The notes beneath the pieces are model-generated. The model made no database searches. It saw nothing but the letters and a program-made list of their open reading frames with translations, and was not told where the DNA came from. A program made the position numbers and the translations under genes. From assembly GCA_048882325.1 (NCBI GenBank), contig JBHLRS010000004.1:1-19661 (forward strand): a DNA stretch of 19,661 nucleotides, read 5' to 3'. The stretch is from Candidatus Thorarchaeota archaeon. GTDB taxonomy: Archaea > Asgardarchaeota > Thorarchaeia > Thorarchaeales > Thorarchaeaceae. Below are positions 1-9,003 of this stretch, piece after piece (positions within the stretch are counted from its first letter, which is position 1; every line of letters starts with the position of its first letter).

Positions 1-1950
1 CTTGTATTCTTGCTCTCGCTGGTCAGCTTCAAACTTCGCACGGTCGACCATGGCACTTGGAGTGACAGTTTCACCAACTATCTCATGGATTGAGTTTAAT
101 AGTGCAAGAAGCGCCTGAGGTTTAGTCATAGATTCATCCAAAGCATTCTTGAAACTCTCAACCCACTCCTTTGCTTCCTTTCTCCACTCCTCAGGTCGCT
201 CACTAGCACCTTCGACAGCCGCCTCAAGTTCAATAACCAGGTCAGTTTCTTCAGAAGTCATCTTGTCAATTATTCGATGAACTAATTGCTTTGAGAGAAG
301 AGTATCAGCAACATCAGGGATGACATCTGAAACAAGATCTTGAAACTCATCGAGGAGTTTCATCAATGCTTTCCCATGTTCTGTCAATTCCTCAGAGTCA
401 GGAGTAGAGTACTGTTGTGTAATCTCCTTTCTAGCAACCTCAGCGACATTCTCAAAACCTATGAGATTCCAGATATCAATTGTTTTGAATGAGTCAATAA
501 GTTGTCGTGTGACAACATCCATCAGCTGTTTGAAGTCTTCGTACTGAGAGCCCTCATATGCCTCCTTTGAAAATGTAGCATTAAGCTGTGCTTGTATCTC
601 AGCATAGAAGAGGTCAAAGAGTGTCATATCAGTTGAACTGATGTCATGTTGAAGAGTTTCTTTCTTGAAGTCTTGAAGAGCTGTGAAGAAAGCCTTCTTG
701 GCTGCATTTGTGACGAGATATTGATTTAGCTCCTTTGAAAAGTACTGTGAAACCCTATTTGCATATGCGATAGCGTACCTTATGGTGCCCTTCAGCTCCC
801 ACGCGCGGATTTCACCAGCACCTGAAAATTCTCGAGCCACAGAATTCATGATTCGAGTAACGAGCTCCATAGCAAGTGTGTTCTTTATACCCGATGAAAC
901 TTCACTATTCATAGACACTGCTGAAATCAGTTCTTCCTTGTGTTTGACGATAGTGAGAACTTTTCCTGAACTCAGATGTTTTTCAACAATATGTTCTAGA
1001 GCATTGACCGTTTCTTTGAGTTTCTTAACGAATTCATCAATACGAGGTTTTAGAGCGTTGATGTCAGTCAAGGTAACCTCAGTTTGACCAAGAGAATCCT
1101 TCAAAGTGCCAACGACCCCACTCACTATCTGAGACTCCTCCAGCGCGTAGGCGTAGTAATTCAATTCATTCAATATAGCTTGACCATTCTCTGTCACTGT
1201 TTTTGTTAGAGTGTCAATAGCACTTGGTGTCAATACTCGATGCTTGAAATGAGCAACTAATCGTTCATCAGACTCGTTAGGAAGTTTGAACTCCAGACTC
1301 TTTCGACCCAAAACCTTCAGTCCTGGTGGTTGAAGCGTGAAGTCATCACTTACCACCATCTTAGCTATGAGATCTACGTCAACATGTTCAGGTTTCACTT
1401 GAAGCGAATCCCATGACCCTTGGAACCGACGATCTAGCATGTCAACAAAGAGTACACTGTTCAATCTATCTGCAAATTTCGTCATGACCGTGAGCCCTTC
1501 TAGTTCATAATTCAGATCATTATTGATTACCGCGCTCTCAATGTCTGCAATCTTCTTGGACAGAATCTTCATGTGCTCATCAATCTTGAAGGGATCAACA
1601 ACTCCTTTCTCCCAACTCAAGACACAGACATGAGAACCAACGCCTCCTTCAACACCTCCTGCTACGACGAGTTGCTCAGGCAATACATCAGGTCCAGGTG
1701 TTCTATCAAGGTCCCACTCGATTGAAAGAAGTTCCAGACCTTCAGATGACATCAGAGTGTCACGAATAGAGAATATAAGGGGGGCAATGTTCATGGATAC
1801 AGTTTCGGAGTGCTGCTCTAACATGGTGCCTGCACCAATCGCACTTCCAATTGGGTAACCAAGCCCGGTTGAGGTTCCTAAGACAGAGGCAGATGCCATT
1901 CGAATTGCTTCAACAGTGCTTGGTACTTGAACATCTCTTCGGTCAGACAT
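1..1950 (-). CDS. Large hypothetical protein (>650 aa, runs off the left edge); N-terminal longin/roadblock-like alpha-beta domain followed by a long all-helical region
   Basis: Not in the ORF track. Manual translation from ATG at 1950 (MSDRRDVQVPSTVEAIRMASASVLG...) stays open for 650 codons to base 1 (...FEADQREQEYK). AGGAG SD at 1959-1963. Confidence 0.9.
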   Translation of the reverse strand, partial: MSDRRDVQVPSTVEAIRMASASVLGTSTGLGYPIGSAIGAGTMLEQHSETVSMNIAPLIFSIRDTLMSSEGLELLSIEWDLDRTPGPDVLPEQLVVAGGVEGGVGSHVCVLSWEKGVVDPFKIDEHMKILSKKIADIESAVINNDLNYELEGLTVMTKFADRLNSVLFVDMLDRRFQGSWDSLQVKPEHVDVDLIAKMVVSDDFTLQPPGLKVLGRKSLEFKLPNESDERLVAHFKHRVLTPSAIDTLTKTVTENGQAILNELNYYAYALEESQIVSGVVGTLKDSLGQTEVTLTDINALKPRIDEFVKKLKETVNALEHIVEKHLSSGKVLTIVKHKEELISAVSMNSEVSSGIKNTLAMELVTRIMNSVAREFSGAGEIRAWELKGTIRYAIAYANRVSQYFSKELNQYLVTNAAKKAFFTALQDFKKETLQHDISSTDMTLFDLFYAEIQAQLNATFSKEAYEGSQYEDFKQLMDVVTRQLIDSFKTIDIWNLIGFENVAEVARKEITQQYSTPDSEELTEHGKALMKLLDEFQDLVSDVIPDVADTLLSKQLVHRIIDKMTSEETDLVIELEAAVEGASERPEEWRKEAKEWVESFKNALDESMTKPQALLALLNSIHEIVGETVTPSAMVDRAKFEADQREQEYK

Positions 1951-2025
1951 TGTAGTTTCTCCTAGCGACAGACAGAATTGTATGAAAACAAGAACTCAAT
2001 CTTTTGAATCTAGCTCGGGCAGCTA

Positions 2026-2973
2026 TCACACTCTTGTCCAGATCCCATTTCCGAGATCCCGCACCAAACCAGCTTCCTTCAAACCTACCAATGTCACATG
2101 AATTGTCGTGGTTAGAAGTGCCTCGTAGCTCTGAGGAATAGGTATGCTTCTAGCCTGTTTGATGTCAAATACAAATTGCTCGATGTCTGCGTCGCCTCGA
2201 GCACTTAGTAGTGTTAGTATAGTGTCTTGAAGATGAACCACGCCGTCTTTCACTGCTTCAAACTGTAACCGCGCATCAGCGAAAAGATGAGGCGTATCGT
2301 GTGAAGGAAAGATATGTTCCGCTCCGAGCTTCGACATTACATCTATGGCGGCTAGCTTGGCTACAATACTACCAGTCTTGTCAACATAGAATTTTCGAGG
2401 ATCGTTAGGAAAGTTGTTCAACTCATCCCCAGAGAATAGCGCATTTCTTTTGGTGTCATAAAAGGAACAATGACCAGCAGAGTGCCCACTTGTGTGAATC
2501 ACCTTTAGAGTCGTTTCTCCCACCCCGATGTTTTGCCCATGCGAAAGGATTTCGTATCCATCGATACCACGATAGTTCACTCTAAGAGGGCCTTTATCGA
2601 ACTTCATGGAGAATCGCTCAGCTTTGTCCATCATGAGGCGTTCATTCAAGAATTTCGCAGGTGTTTCGAGAAGCTCAGCGTCGCCCCTATGAATCATTAT
2701 GGACGCACCTGTTGATTTCTTGAGTCTTCCTGCGCCGGCAGCATGATCTGGATGTCCATGGGTGCAGATTATTCCAACAATATTGGTTTTTGGATCTAAA
2801 CCTAGTTCTTTGATTGCTTTCTCAAGACGGTTTCCGGGGTCTCCCGCAGTTCCAGGGTCAATCACTAGGACTTCACCCTCATCTACCACTAGGTAGCTAG
2901 CGATGAATCCAAACTCGCTTGCAAACTTACCTCGCACAACATAAATTCCAGGGATTATTTCAGCTGCTGCCAT
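2026..2973 (-). CDS. MBL-fold metallo-hydrolase (glyoxalase II-like) with a probable C-terminal wHTH-like extension
   Basis: THGHPDH metal motif, GHSAGH, FSGD and PSH. The likely start is ATG 2973 (MAAAEIIPGIY); the ORF track extends to 3039. Confidence 0.9.
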   Translation of the reverse strand: MAAAEIIPGIYVVRGKFASEFGFIASYLVVDEGEVLVIDPGTAGDPGNRLEKAIKELGLDPKTNIVGIICTHGHPDHAAGAGRLKKSTGASIMIHRGDAELLETPAKFLNERLMMDKAERFSMKFDKGPLRVNYRGIDGYEILSHGQNIGVGETTLKVIHTSGHSAGHCSFYDTKRNALFSGDELNNFPNDPRKFYVDKTGSIVAKLAAIDVMSKLGAEHIFPSHDTPHLFADARLQFEAVKDGVVHLQDTILTLLSARGDADIEQFVFDIKQARSIPIPQSYEALLTTTIHVTLVGLKEAGLVRDLGNGIWTRV

Positions 2974-3085
2974 TGGTCTGATTGGTGGTTTTCCTCCAAC
3001 ACTTATGATAATATCGTCTACAAGTAGGATAAACAACAAACACTAAATCTGAGAGAGATTGTGGAAGCACCTACGAGGTCAGTTG

Positions 3086-3544
3086 ATGAAGGGAGTCTAT
3101 GTTCTCATCATTCGAGTTCGAACCCCAGTTGCAATTCAAATCAAATCAATTGGCGAGGTCGCATTTGATTCCGGATTGTGGTTGTATGTTGGCTCAGCCA
3201 TGGGAACAGGATCTACAAATCTAGAGAACAGATTACATAGACATTTCAGGAAAGAGAAGACAGTCTACTGGCACATCGACCATCTTCTTGAATCAAATGT
3301 GGAGATTGTGGAGGCAATATGGTCAGAAAGTCCTGAATCAGCTGAATGTCTCATAGCAAAGGCTATCGAAGCTCATGATGATTTCTCTCCTGGGCCAAGA
3401 GCCTTTGGTTCATCTGACTGCAAAAACGGCTGTCTTGCCCATGTTTTCATTCACAAAGGCAATGACCAAATCCAAGATACGCTTTTCATGATATTTCGTC
3501 AACAAGGACTCCAACCACGTGTAACCAAGACTGGATTGTTGTGA
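3086..3544 (+). CDS. GIY-YIG nuclease family protein (DUF123/Uri-like)
   Basis: KGVYVL...YVGSAMG, LENRLHRH, YWHIDHLL, EC and FGSSDCxxGCxxH motifs. GAGGT SD at 3075-3079. Confidence 0.85.
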   Translation: MKGVYVLIIRVRTPVAIQIKSIGEVAFDSGLWLYVGSAMGTGSTNLENRLHRHFRKEKTVYWHIDHLLESNVEIVEAIWSESPESAECLIAKAIEAHDDFSPGPRAFGSSDCKNGCLAHVFIHKGNDQIQDTLFMIFRQQGLQPRVTKTGLL

Positions 3545-3605
3545 CAGCAAGCAGCAAGTATTAAAGGCTCCATAATCATCACAAGCAAACAGGAGGAAAC
3601 CCAGA

Positions 3606-3839
3606 GTGCCAGATTGGAGGAGCATCTTTCAAGATTTGAAGACAACAGGACAATCATTCACCGTGTACCTACGCTATCAGCAAAAGGATACACTAGCGAA
3701 AATACCGAATGTCCGTGTCCAAGACGTGTTTGATGACCATGTGAAACTGGAAAACCCAAGTGGTTATGGAGTTCTTGGATACGAAGACATTCTGTACGTA
3801 TCAATCCCAAGACAATCAATTGTAAGACCGCTGCAGTAA
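3606..3839 (+). CDS. Small protein, probable Sm/Lsm/Hfq-like fold
   Basis: AGGAGG SD at 3591-3596 before GTG. N-terminal helix plus five-strand pattern aligning by eye to Hfq (IFQDLKTTGQSFTVYL; VQDVFDDHVKLEN; GVLGYEDILYVSIP). Confidence 0.6.
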   Translation: MPDWRSIFQDLKTTGQSFTVYLRYQQKDTLAKIPNVRVQDVFDDHVKLENPSGYGVLGYEDILYVSIPRQSIVRPLQ

Positions 3840-3930
3840 GAAACCATTCCTAGCCGGTACGGCTAAGGTTTAATTGGCAAAACCGGTTTTCCTACATATC
3901 AGCCCAGATTAGTAGTTGGTGTAATCTACT

Positions 3931-4890
3931 GTGTCATCACTAGTATACATTCCAATCGAAAACGAACGTGTCCTAAGTCAACATCAAGAATACATCTTGA
4001 CAAATTACAGATGGATACAGTTCGATAGAGGTTCACGGACCAGTGCAAGTGTCCCACTACACATCATCAAGGAGTATAAGTTGACACCTAACTCCGCGAT
4101 GTGCAAGGTCGTGAATGGTATTGTCAATTTAGTGGGAGCTATGCCAAGAAGAGAAGAGCTACGCGCCGCACTCGGACTTCGAGAGTTCGACAGTCTCAAT
4201 GTTGGAAATCGCAGAAAAATCTGTGAGGTGAGTGGTGTTCCGTTTGTGCATCCGGATCACCCTTACAATCGATGGATTTCGGTAGGATTCCACAGACCAT
4301 TCTCCCGACATTTCTACCAGACTTTTGCATGGTTGAAAGGAGAAGAAGTCTTCACATATCTCCCGGAGAGTTTCATCCTCACAAATTACAGATTGTACCA
4401 GTTTGATGCAAGTACTAGGAAGATGTTCATCTTTCCAATGCACATGGTCGAAACATTTGAAGCTAGACGAAATGAGCTCAAACTCAAAGCCACTTCTGGC
4501 AATTTTAAGATACGAGGAAAAGTACCAAGACAGGACCATCTGGTCACAGTCTGGCAGACACGTGCATGGAGCGATATCTCGAAGGAGCATCTTGATTGGT
4601 TGATTCGCCCCTTCAGCTATATCACACCCCATCATCCATTGTCACAATACATGGTCAGCGATTCAGCTACAGTAGCTCCTACCCCTGTTGCCCAGGAAAC
4701 TACTCAGGAGATGCACGTTGCAGCTGGTAGTGCTGGTGCAGGTACCGTATTTGTCAAACCAGTGATCAAGGACAAATGCACAAATTGCTCTGCTCCGTTG
4801 TCTTGGGAACAGATTGACTGGACTGGTCCAGACCAGTACGCGTGTCCCGCTTGTGGTCACACTCACAGAGTCGACTACGTTAGAATGTAG
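3931..4890 (+). CDS. Tandem PH/GRAM-like domain protein with a C-terminal zinc ribbon
   Basis: Two internal repeats of about 110 aa, each with E-x-V...(Y/F)ILTNYR-x-x-QFD. Low-complexity linker, then CTNC...CPACG. Confidence 0.7.
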   Translation: MSSLVYIPIENERVLSQHQEYILTNYRWIQFDRGSRTSASVPLHIIKEYKLTPNSAMCKVVNGIVNLVGAMPRREELRAALGLREFDSLNVGNRRKICEVSGVPFVHPDHPYNRWISVGFHRPFSRHFYQTFAWLKGEEVFTYLPESFILTNYRLYQFDASTRKMFIFPMHMVETFEARRNELKLKATSGNFKIRGKVPRQDHLVTVWQTRAWSDISKEHLDWLIRPFSYITPHHPLSQYMVSDSATVAPTPVAQETTQEMHVAAGSAGAGTVFVKPVIKDKCTNCSAPLSWEQIDWTGPDQYACPACGHTHRVDYVRM

Positions 4891-4896
4891 ACCTCA

Positions 4897-6789
4897 TTAG
4901 GAGTGGGCTTTGGTCCACTCCAAAGAGAGTCTTTTGATTGTTTTCTCTGTTGGCAAACCTGTTTCTAGATCCCAACCTCTCAATGAGTAGTAATCATCAA
5001 GCATTGGATTGAGATCCACAGTCTGACCTTTCCCCGGACCTTCAGGCATCGGTTCTTTTGTGAACCTATCCGGAAGATTGTCATCCTTTCGAGTGATGCC
5101 TTCGCGGCTATTGAAGAGACGTTTCAATGTGATTTGGCGTTCTGCAATCTTTGTGAGATTCTCAACTTTTCCCAAGTGCTTCTCACCTGTGACAAGCGGC
5201 AACATCTCTGCAAAGTCTTCCATCCAAAATATTGGAGGCCATGAAACTGAGTACCAACATACTATCAGAGTATCACGGATAGAATACGAGTTTTCGCTCT
5301 CAAATACTGCAGTTGCTTTATACTTCTCAGTATAAGGATCGATGATTTCTGGAAGTTTGTCAGCGCCCCATCTCTTTGCTGCCACATCTTCATAACCCAG
5401 TTGATCTACAACGACTAGACTTCTGAGATGGTCAGCGCCTCTTGCACCAGTTGCGTGTCCAAGACCAATACTTCGATGTGTGCGACCATCCTGTCCGGAA
5501 ACCTCCATTCCCTTTACATGAATTGCAAATTTCTCGGAACCTTTCCCAATCTTTTCTGCAGCTCTCTTGCTTCCCTCAGCAAGTAAATCTCCGAAGCCAT
5601 CACGTTCAGCAATCATTTGTAGTAGGCGGATTGTTGTTTCACTGTCGCCCCATTCTAGTTTGAGACCACCTGTATCTTTCTCAGTAATCAGTCCATTCTC
5701 AAAAGCTTCGATCGCAAAACCAATTGTAGCTCCTGCTGAGATGATGTCCATCCCATAGCGGTTGCATATTTGATTTGCCTTGAGGGTGGTTGGATAATCA
5801 TCAATACCTAATGAGCTACCAAATGCCATCAAACCCTCATACTCTGGACCTTCCTCAAGTGTACCAGCAAAAGCCCCAGTCTTAACATAGTTGACCTTTT
5901 TGCAACCTAAGCTACAACCAAAACAAGCTCTGTCAGAGACAGTGAATCTTGGTCGAATGTAATCCCCCGTTAGCTTCTCATATCCAGTGAAGACCCCAGT
6001 GCGATGGTTGTATGTTGGTAACTCTCCAATCTCCTGCTTGACTGCTGTCAAAATCCAAGTCCCCCACTTTCCCATCTCTCGAGCCTGTGGGTTCTTGCGT
6101 ACTCTCATGTGGGCTTTCTTAGCGAGCTCGAAGAATCCTTCGTGGTCATGAACGTCAATACCACCATGACCCCGGATAGCTATTGCCTTAACATTCTTTG
6201 ACCCTAAAACAGCACCCATACCTGTGCGGCCAGCAGCTCGGGCATGGTTCACCATCACAGCAGAGAACCTTACCAAGTGTTCACCTGATGGTCCAATAGC
6301 GGCTACCTGAATATCAGGATCGTGATGCCTCTTCTTGATCCTGAGGGTTGTTTGGTCAGTTGTGGCGCCCCACAACTCCGAGGCATCCTCAAGTTCGAGG
6401 TTCGAGTCTTCAATGTGTATATAAACCGGCTTTTCCGCCTTACCTTCCACGATTAACAAATCATATCCAGCATACTTGAGCTCTGGACCCAGAAATCCCC
6501 CAACATGACTCTCCCCCCAGATTCCAGTCAAAGGAGCTTTTGAGATGAACACAGTCCTGCCGCTCATGGGCCAGAGTGTTCCAGTTATGGGCCCTGTAGC
6601 CAATATCAGCTTATTGTCTTCACTCAGTGGTTCAGTACCTCCGGGTACCTCCTCATAGAGTATTTTGACTCCGAATCCATCTCCCCCAATGTAGTCCTTT
6701 ATCCACTCCTTGGGTAGAGAGTCTTCTTTGAATCTATTATCATTCAAATTTACTCGAAGGATTTTGCCCTTGTAGCCACCAGCTTTCAC
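4897..6789 (-). CDS. aor: Aldehyde:ferredoxin oxidoreductase family protein (tungstopterin)
   Basis: GYKGKILRVNL, AAGRTGMGAVLGSKNVKAI, CFGCSLGC, EGPEYE, CNRYGMDIIS, GADH and YYSLRGWD. The likely start is GTG 6789, directly after the ferredoxin stop, with GGAG upstream. Confidence 0.95.
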   Translation of the reverse strand: MKAGGYKGKILRVNLNDNRFKEDSLPKEWIKDYIGGDGFGVKILYEEVPGGTEPLSEDNKLILATGPITGTLWPMSGRTVFISKAPLTGIWGESHVGGFLGPELKYAGYDLLIVEGKAEKPVYIHIEDSNLELEDASELWGATTDQTTLRIKKRHHDPDIQVAAIGPSGEHLVRFSAVMVNHARAAGRTGMGAVLGSKNVKAIAIRGHGGIDVHDHEGFFELAKKAHMRVRKNPQAREMGKWGTWILTAVKQEIGELPTYNHRTGVFTGYEKLTGDYIRPRFTVSDRACFGCSLGCKKVNYVKTGAFAGTLEEGPEYEGLMAFGSSLGIDDYPTTLKANQICNRYGMDIISAGATIGFAIEAFENGLITEKDTGGLKLEWGDSETTIRLLQMIAERDGFGDLLAEGSKRAAEKIGKGSEKFAIHVKGMEVSGQDGRTHRSIGLGHATGARGADHLRSLVVVDQLGYEDVAAKRWGADKLPEIIDPYTEKYKATAVFESENSYSIRDTLIVCWYSVSWPPIFWMEDFAEMLPLVTGEKHLGKVENLTKIAERQITLKRLFNSREGITRKDDNLPDRFTKEPMPEGPGKGQTVDLNPMLDDYYSLRGWDLETGLPTEKTIKRLSLEWTKAHS

Positions 6790-6790
6790 T

Positions 6791-7324
6791 TCATTCAGCT
6801 CCGCTGGATTCTTGAGCAGTTCGGTCGATTTCACGAAGGTAGCTAGAGATTTTACCGTGACGATCAATCGAAGGGGAAACAGCAACATCAGTGTACATTA
6901 TTGCCCCAGTTGGACAAACCTTTGCGCATTCAGGATCACCGCCACAGTGATCACACTTGATGATTTTCATTCGATTTGTATCAAGTAGAATGACACCGTT
7001 GACACAGGCACCTACGCATGACTTGCAAAGAATGCATTTGCCTTCATCCAGGAAAGTCATTTTTGTAATGGGATTACGCCGTATTGCATAGACAGGACAA
7101 ATGTCAACGCATGGTGCAGTTTCACATGGACCACAGACATTCGGTAAATCAATACCGAGATCGTCATATTTCACAATCTTGAGCCTAGCAAGACTTGGTT
7201 GAAATCGACCTTCCTTAGTTGCTGAACATGCTAATTCACACATTCGACAACCAGTACATTTTGTAAAGTCAACGACCAGATGTGATGGCAGGAAAACCAC
7301 CTCGACACTGAGTAAGTCATGCAA
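6791..7324 (-). CDS. 4Fe-4S electron-transfer subunit (DmsB/HydN-type, four clusters), partner of the AOR
   Basis: CTGCRMCELAC, CGPCETAPCVDICP, CILCKSCVGAC and KCDHC...PECAKVCP. Abuts aor. Start is uncertain (TTG 7324, GTG 7300 or CTG 7291). Confidence 0.93.
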   Translation of the reverse strand: MHDLLSVEVVFLPSHLVVDFTKCTGCRMCELACSATKEGRFQPSLARLKIVKYDDLGIDLPNVCGPCETAPCVDICPVYAIRRNPITKMTFLDEGKCILCKSCVGACVNGVILLDTNRMKIIKCDHCGGDPECAKVCPTGAIMYTDVAVSPSIDRHGKISSYLREIDRTAQESSGAE

Positions 7325-7400
7325 TTCTACACTAAAATGCTTCGGACTATCTATACGGTTTATTAGGTATCAGGTACTACGAACGAACAGGTTGAACATA

Positions 7401-7799
7401 ATGTCAGAGGAAGAAACTGCAGAGACTGAAAATGGAAAGAAGGGCAAGAAAGGCAAAAAGACCGACTACTGCGAAGTCGAGTTCGAGATTGGCAACATCG
7501 AGTTCGAAGCGAAGGGGCGAAGTATTGTTGTTGAGCGTATGTTCAGGATGCTTTTAGAAAAGATCGAGGAAGGTAAACTTGTGGCTGAGTTTAGACTTCA
7601 GGATCCTGATGAAGACGAGGAGGAGGAGGAGGAAGAGATTGAAGAGGAACTTCCACCTTACGATCTTCCTGAAGCACCAGAAATGACCGAAGCACACGCC
7701 TCTGATGACTCGTTGGACCCACCTCCTGCATGGGAAAGCCTGGAAACCGAGGAGCCAGACGTTTCTGAGGCTGAAAAAGAAGAGCTTGGCTTCGAATAG
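7401..7799 (+). CDS. Highly acidic hypothetical protein (small beta-beta-alpha domain plus disordered acidic/Pro tail)
   Basis: ATG at 7401; fills the gap between two minus-strand genes. About 47 of 132 residues are D/E by manual count. Confidence 0.8.
   Translation: MSEEETAETENGKKGKKGKKTDYCEVEFEIGNIEFEAKGRSIVVERMFRMLLEKIEEGKLVAEFRLQDPDEDEEEEEEEIEEELPPYDLPEAPEMTEAHASDDSLDPPPAWESLETEEPDVSEAEKEELGFE
7617..7631 (+). repeat. (GAG)5 trinucleotide run encoding poly-Glu
   Basis: GAGGAGGAGGAGGAG within DEDEEEEEEE. Confidence 0.8.
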
Positions 7800-7812
7800 A
7801 CATCAGATAGAA

Positions 7813-8880
7813 TCATTCCGCCAGAACAACCCAACCATAGGGATCCTCTCGTTCGCCTGATTGAATGCCAATCAGGTCATCAAAGAGGCGCCGTGTCAGC
7901 TCTCCCGTTTGCCCATTTGATACCTTATAGGATGTGTCCTTATACCATAGATTACCCACTGGAGCTATTATGGCTGCAGTTCCACAACCAAAAATCTCCT
8001 TGACCTTCCCTGACCTCAGCCCTTCGATTATTTCATCTATGGAGATCATTCTTTCATGGCGATTCAAGCCATAGTCTTTGACTAGCGTTAGAACCGAGTC
8101 GCGAGTCACTCCAGGGAGAATCGAACCTGAAAGAGGAGGTGTTGCAACTTCATCGTCAAATCTGACGAACAGATTCATTGTTCCAACTTCTTCAATCCAC
8201 TTTCGTTCGAGAGCATCCAGCCAGAGGACCTGAGAGTAACCAACCTTTGTTGCATCCGTCCCTGCTAACAGACTGGCTGCATAATTACCACTTGCCTTTG
8301 CGGATCCAGTTCCACCCCGTACTGCTCTCACATATTTGTCACTGACGTATATTTTGACAGGAGCAAAACCTTCTTTGAAATACGGTCCGACCGGACCTAC
8401 GATGACATAATAGAGATATTCTTGCGAGGGGCGAACACCTAGTTTGGGTTCTGTGGCAATCATTGTCGGTCTGATATACAGTGAACTCCCTGGGACCTCA
8501 GGAACCCAGTCAGCTTCAATCTTGAGTAGTTTCATAAGAGCGCGTAGCGCAAATTCTGCATCTACGTTGGGCATCACCATTCGTTCCGCTGAAACATTGA
8601 GTCGTTTGAAGTTCAATTCAGGTCGAAATAAAAGAACCCGGTCACCTCTTCTATATGCCTTCATGCCCTCGAAAATGCCCTGCCCATAATGAAGACACAA
8701 AGCTGCAGGACTAAGAGATAACGGACCAAAGGGATGAATCCTAGCATCGACCCAGCTACTTCCATCGTAACGCATGGAGAACATATGGTCAGAAAAGACA
8801 GTTCCAAAAGGTACTTGAAGAACGTCTTGTGGCTTTTCTTTGCGTTCATCCTTGGGAACTAGATCTACATCGATGTTCAT
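7813..8880 (-). CDS. ilvE: Branched-chain amino acid aminotransferase (long bacterial/eukaryotic-type subfamily)
   Basis: FGTVFSDHM, LHYGQGIFEGMKAY, LYIRP, AKASGNYAAS (PLP lysine), EEVGTMN, ILPGVTRDS and FGCGTAA. Start is ATG 8880 or GTG 8910. Confidence 0.96.
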   Translation of the reverse strand: MNIDVDLVPKDERKEKPQDVLQVPFGTVFSDHMFSMRYDGSSWVDARIHPFGPLSLSPAALCLHYGQGIFEGMKAYRRGDRVLLFRPELNFKRLNVSAERMVMPNVDAEFALRALMKLLKIEADWVPEVPGSSLYIRPTMIATEPKLGVRPSQEYLYYVIVGPVGPYFKEGFAPVKIYVSDKYVRAVRGGTGSAKASGNYAASLLAGTDATKVGYSQVLWLDALERKWIEEVGTMNLFVRFDDEVATPPLSGSILPGVTRDSVLTLVKDYGLNRHERMISIDEIIEGLRSGKVKEIFGCGTAAIIAPVGNLWYKDTSYKVSNGQTGELTRRLFDDLIGIQSGEREDPYGWVVLAE

Positions 8881-9003
8881 TTCCAAGCACAACAGTTCAA
8901 GAATGTACACTTCCTCCCTTTAAGCGGATAGGTTGGATAATTGCGTATTAGAAAATACCTTAAGTCATACAATATCTGGAAATACATCGTAGGAGTGTAT
9001 CAA

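Noticed and set aside
782-1087. 101-aa plus-strand ORF
   Set aside because: Antisense shadow of the real minus-strand gene at 1-1950.
3086-3544. Homing endonuclease or mobile element
   Set aside because: DUF123-type stand-alone archaeal gene with no intron, intein, terminal repeats or target duplication.
6790-6888. N-terminal extension of AOR (likewise surE 16014-16106 and AIR synthase 17884-17916)
   Set aside because: Longest-ORF artefacts overlapping the upstream gene, the terminator or the RNA structure; family homology begins at the downstream starts.
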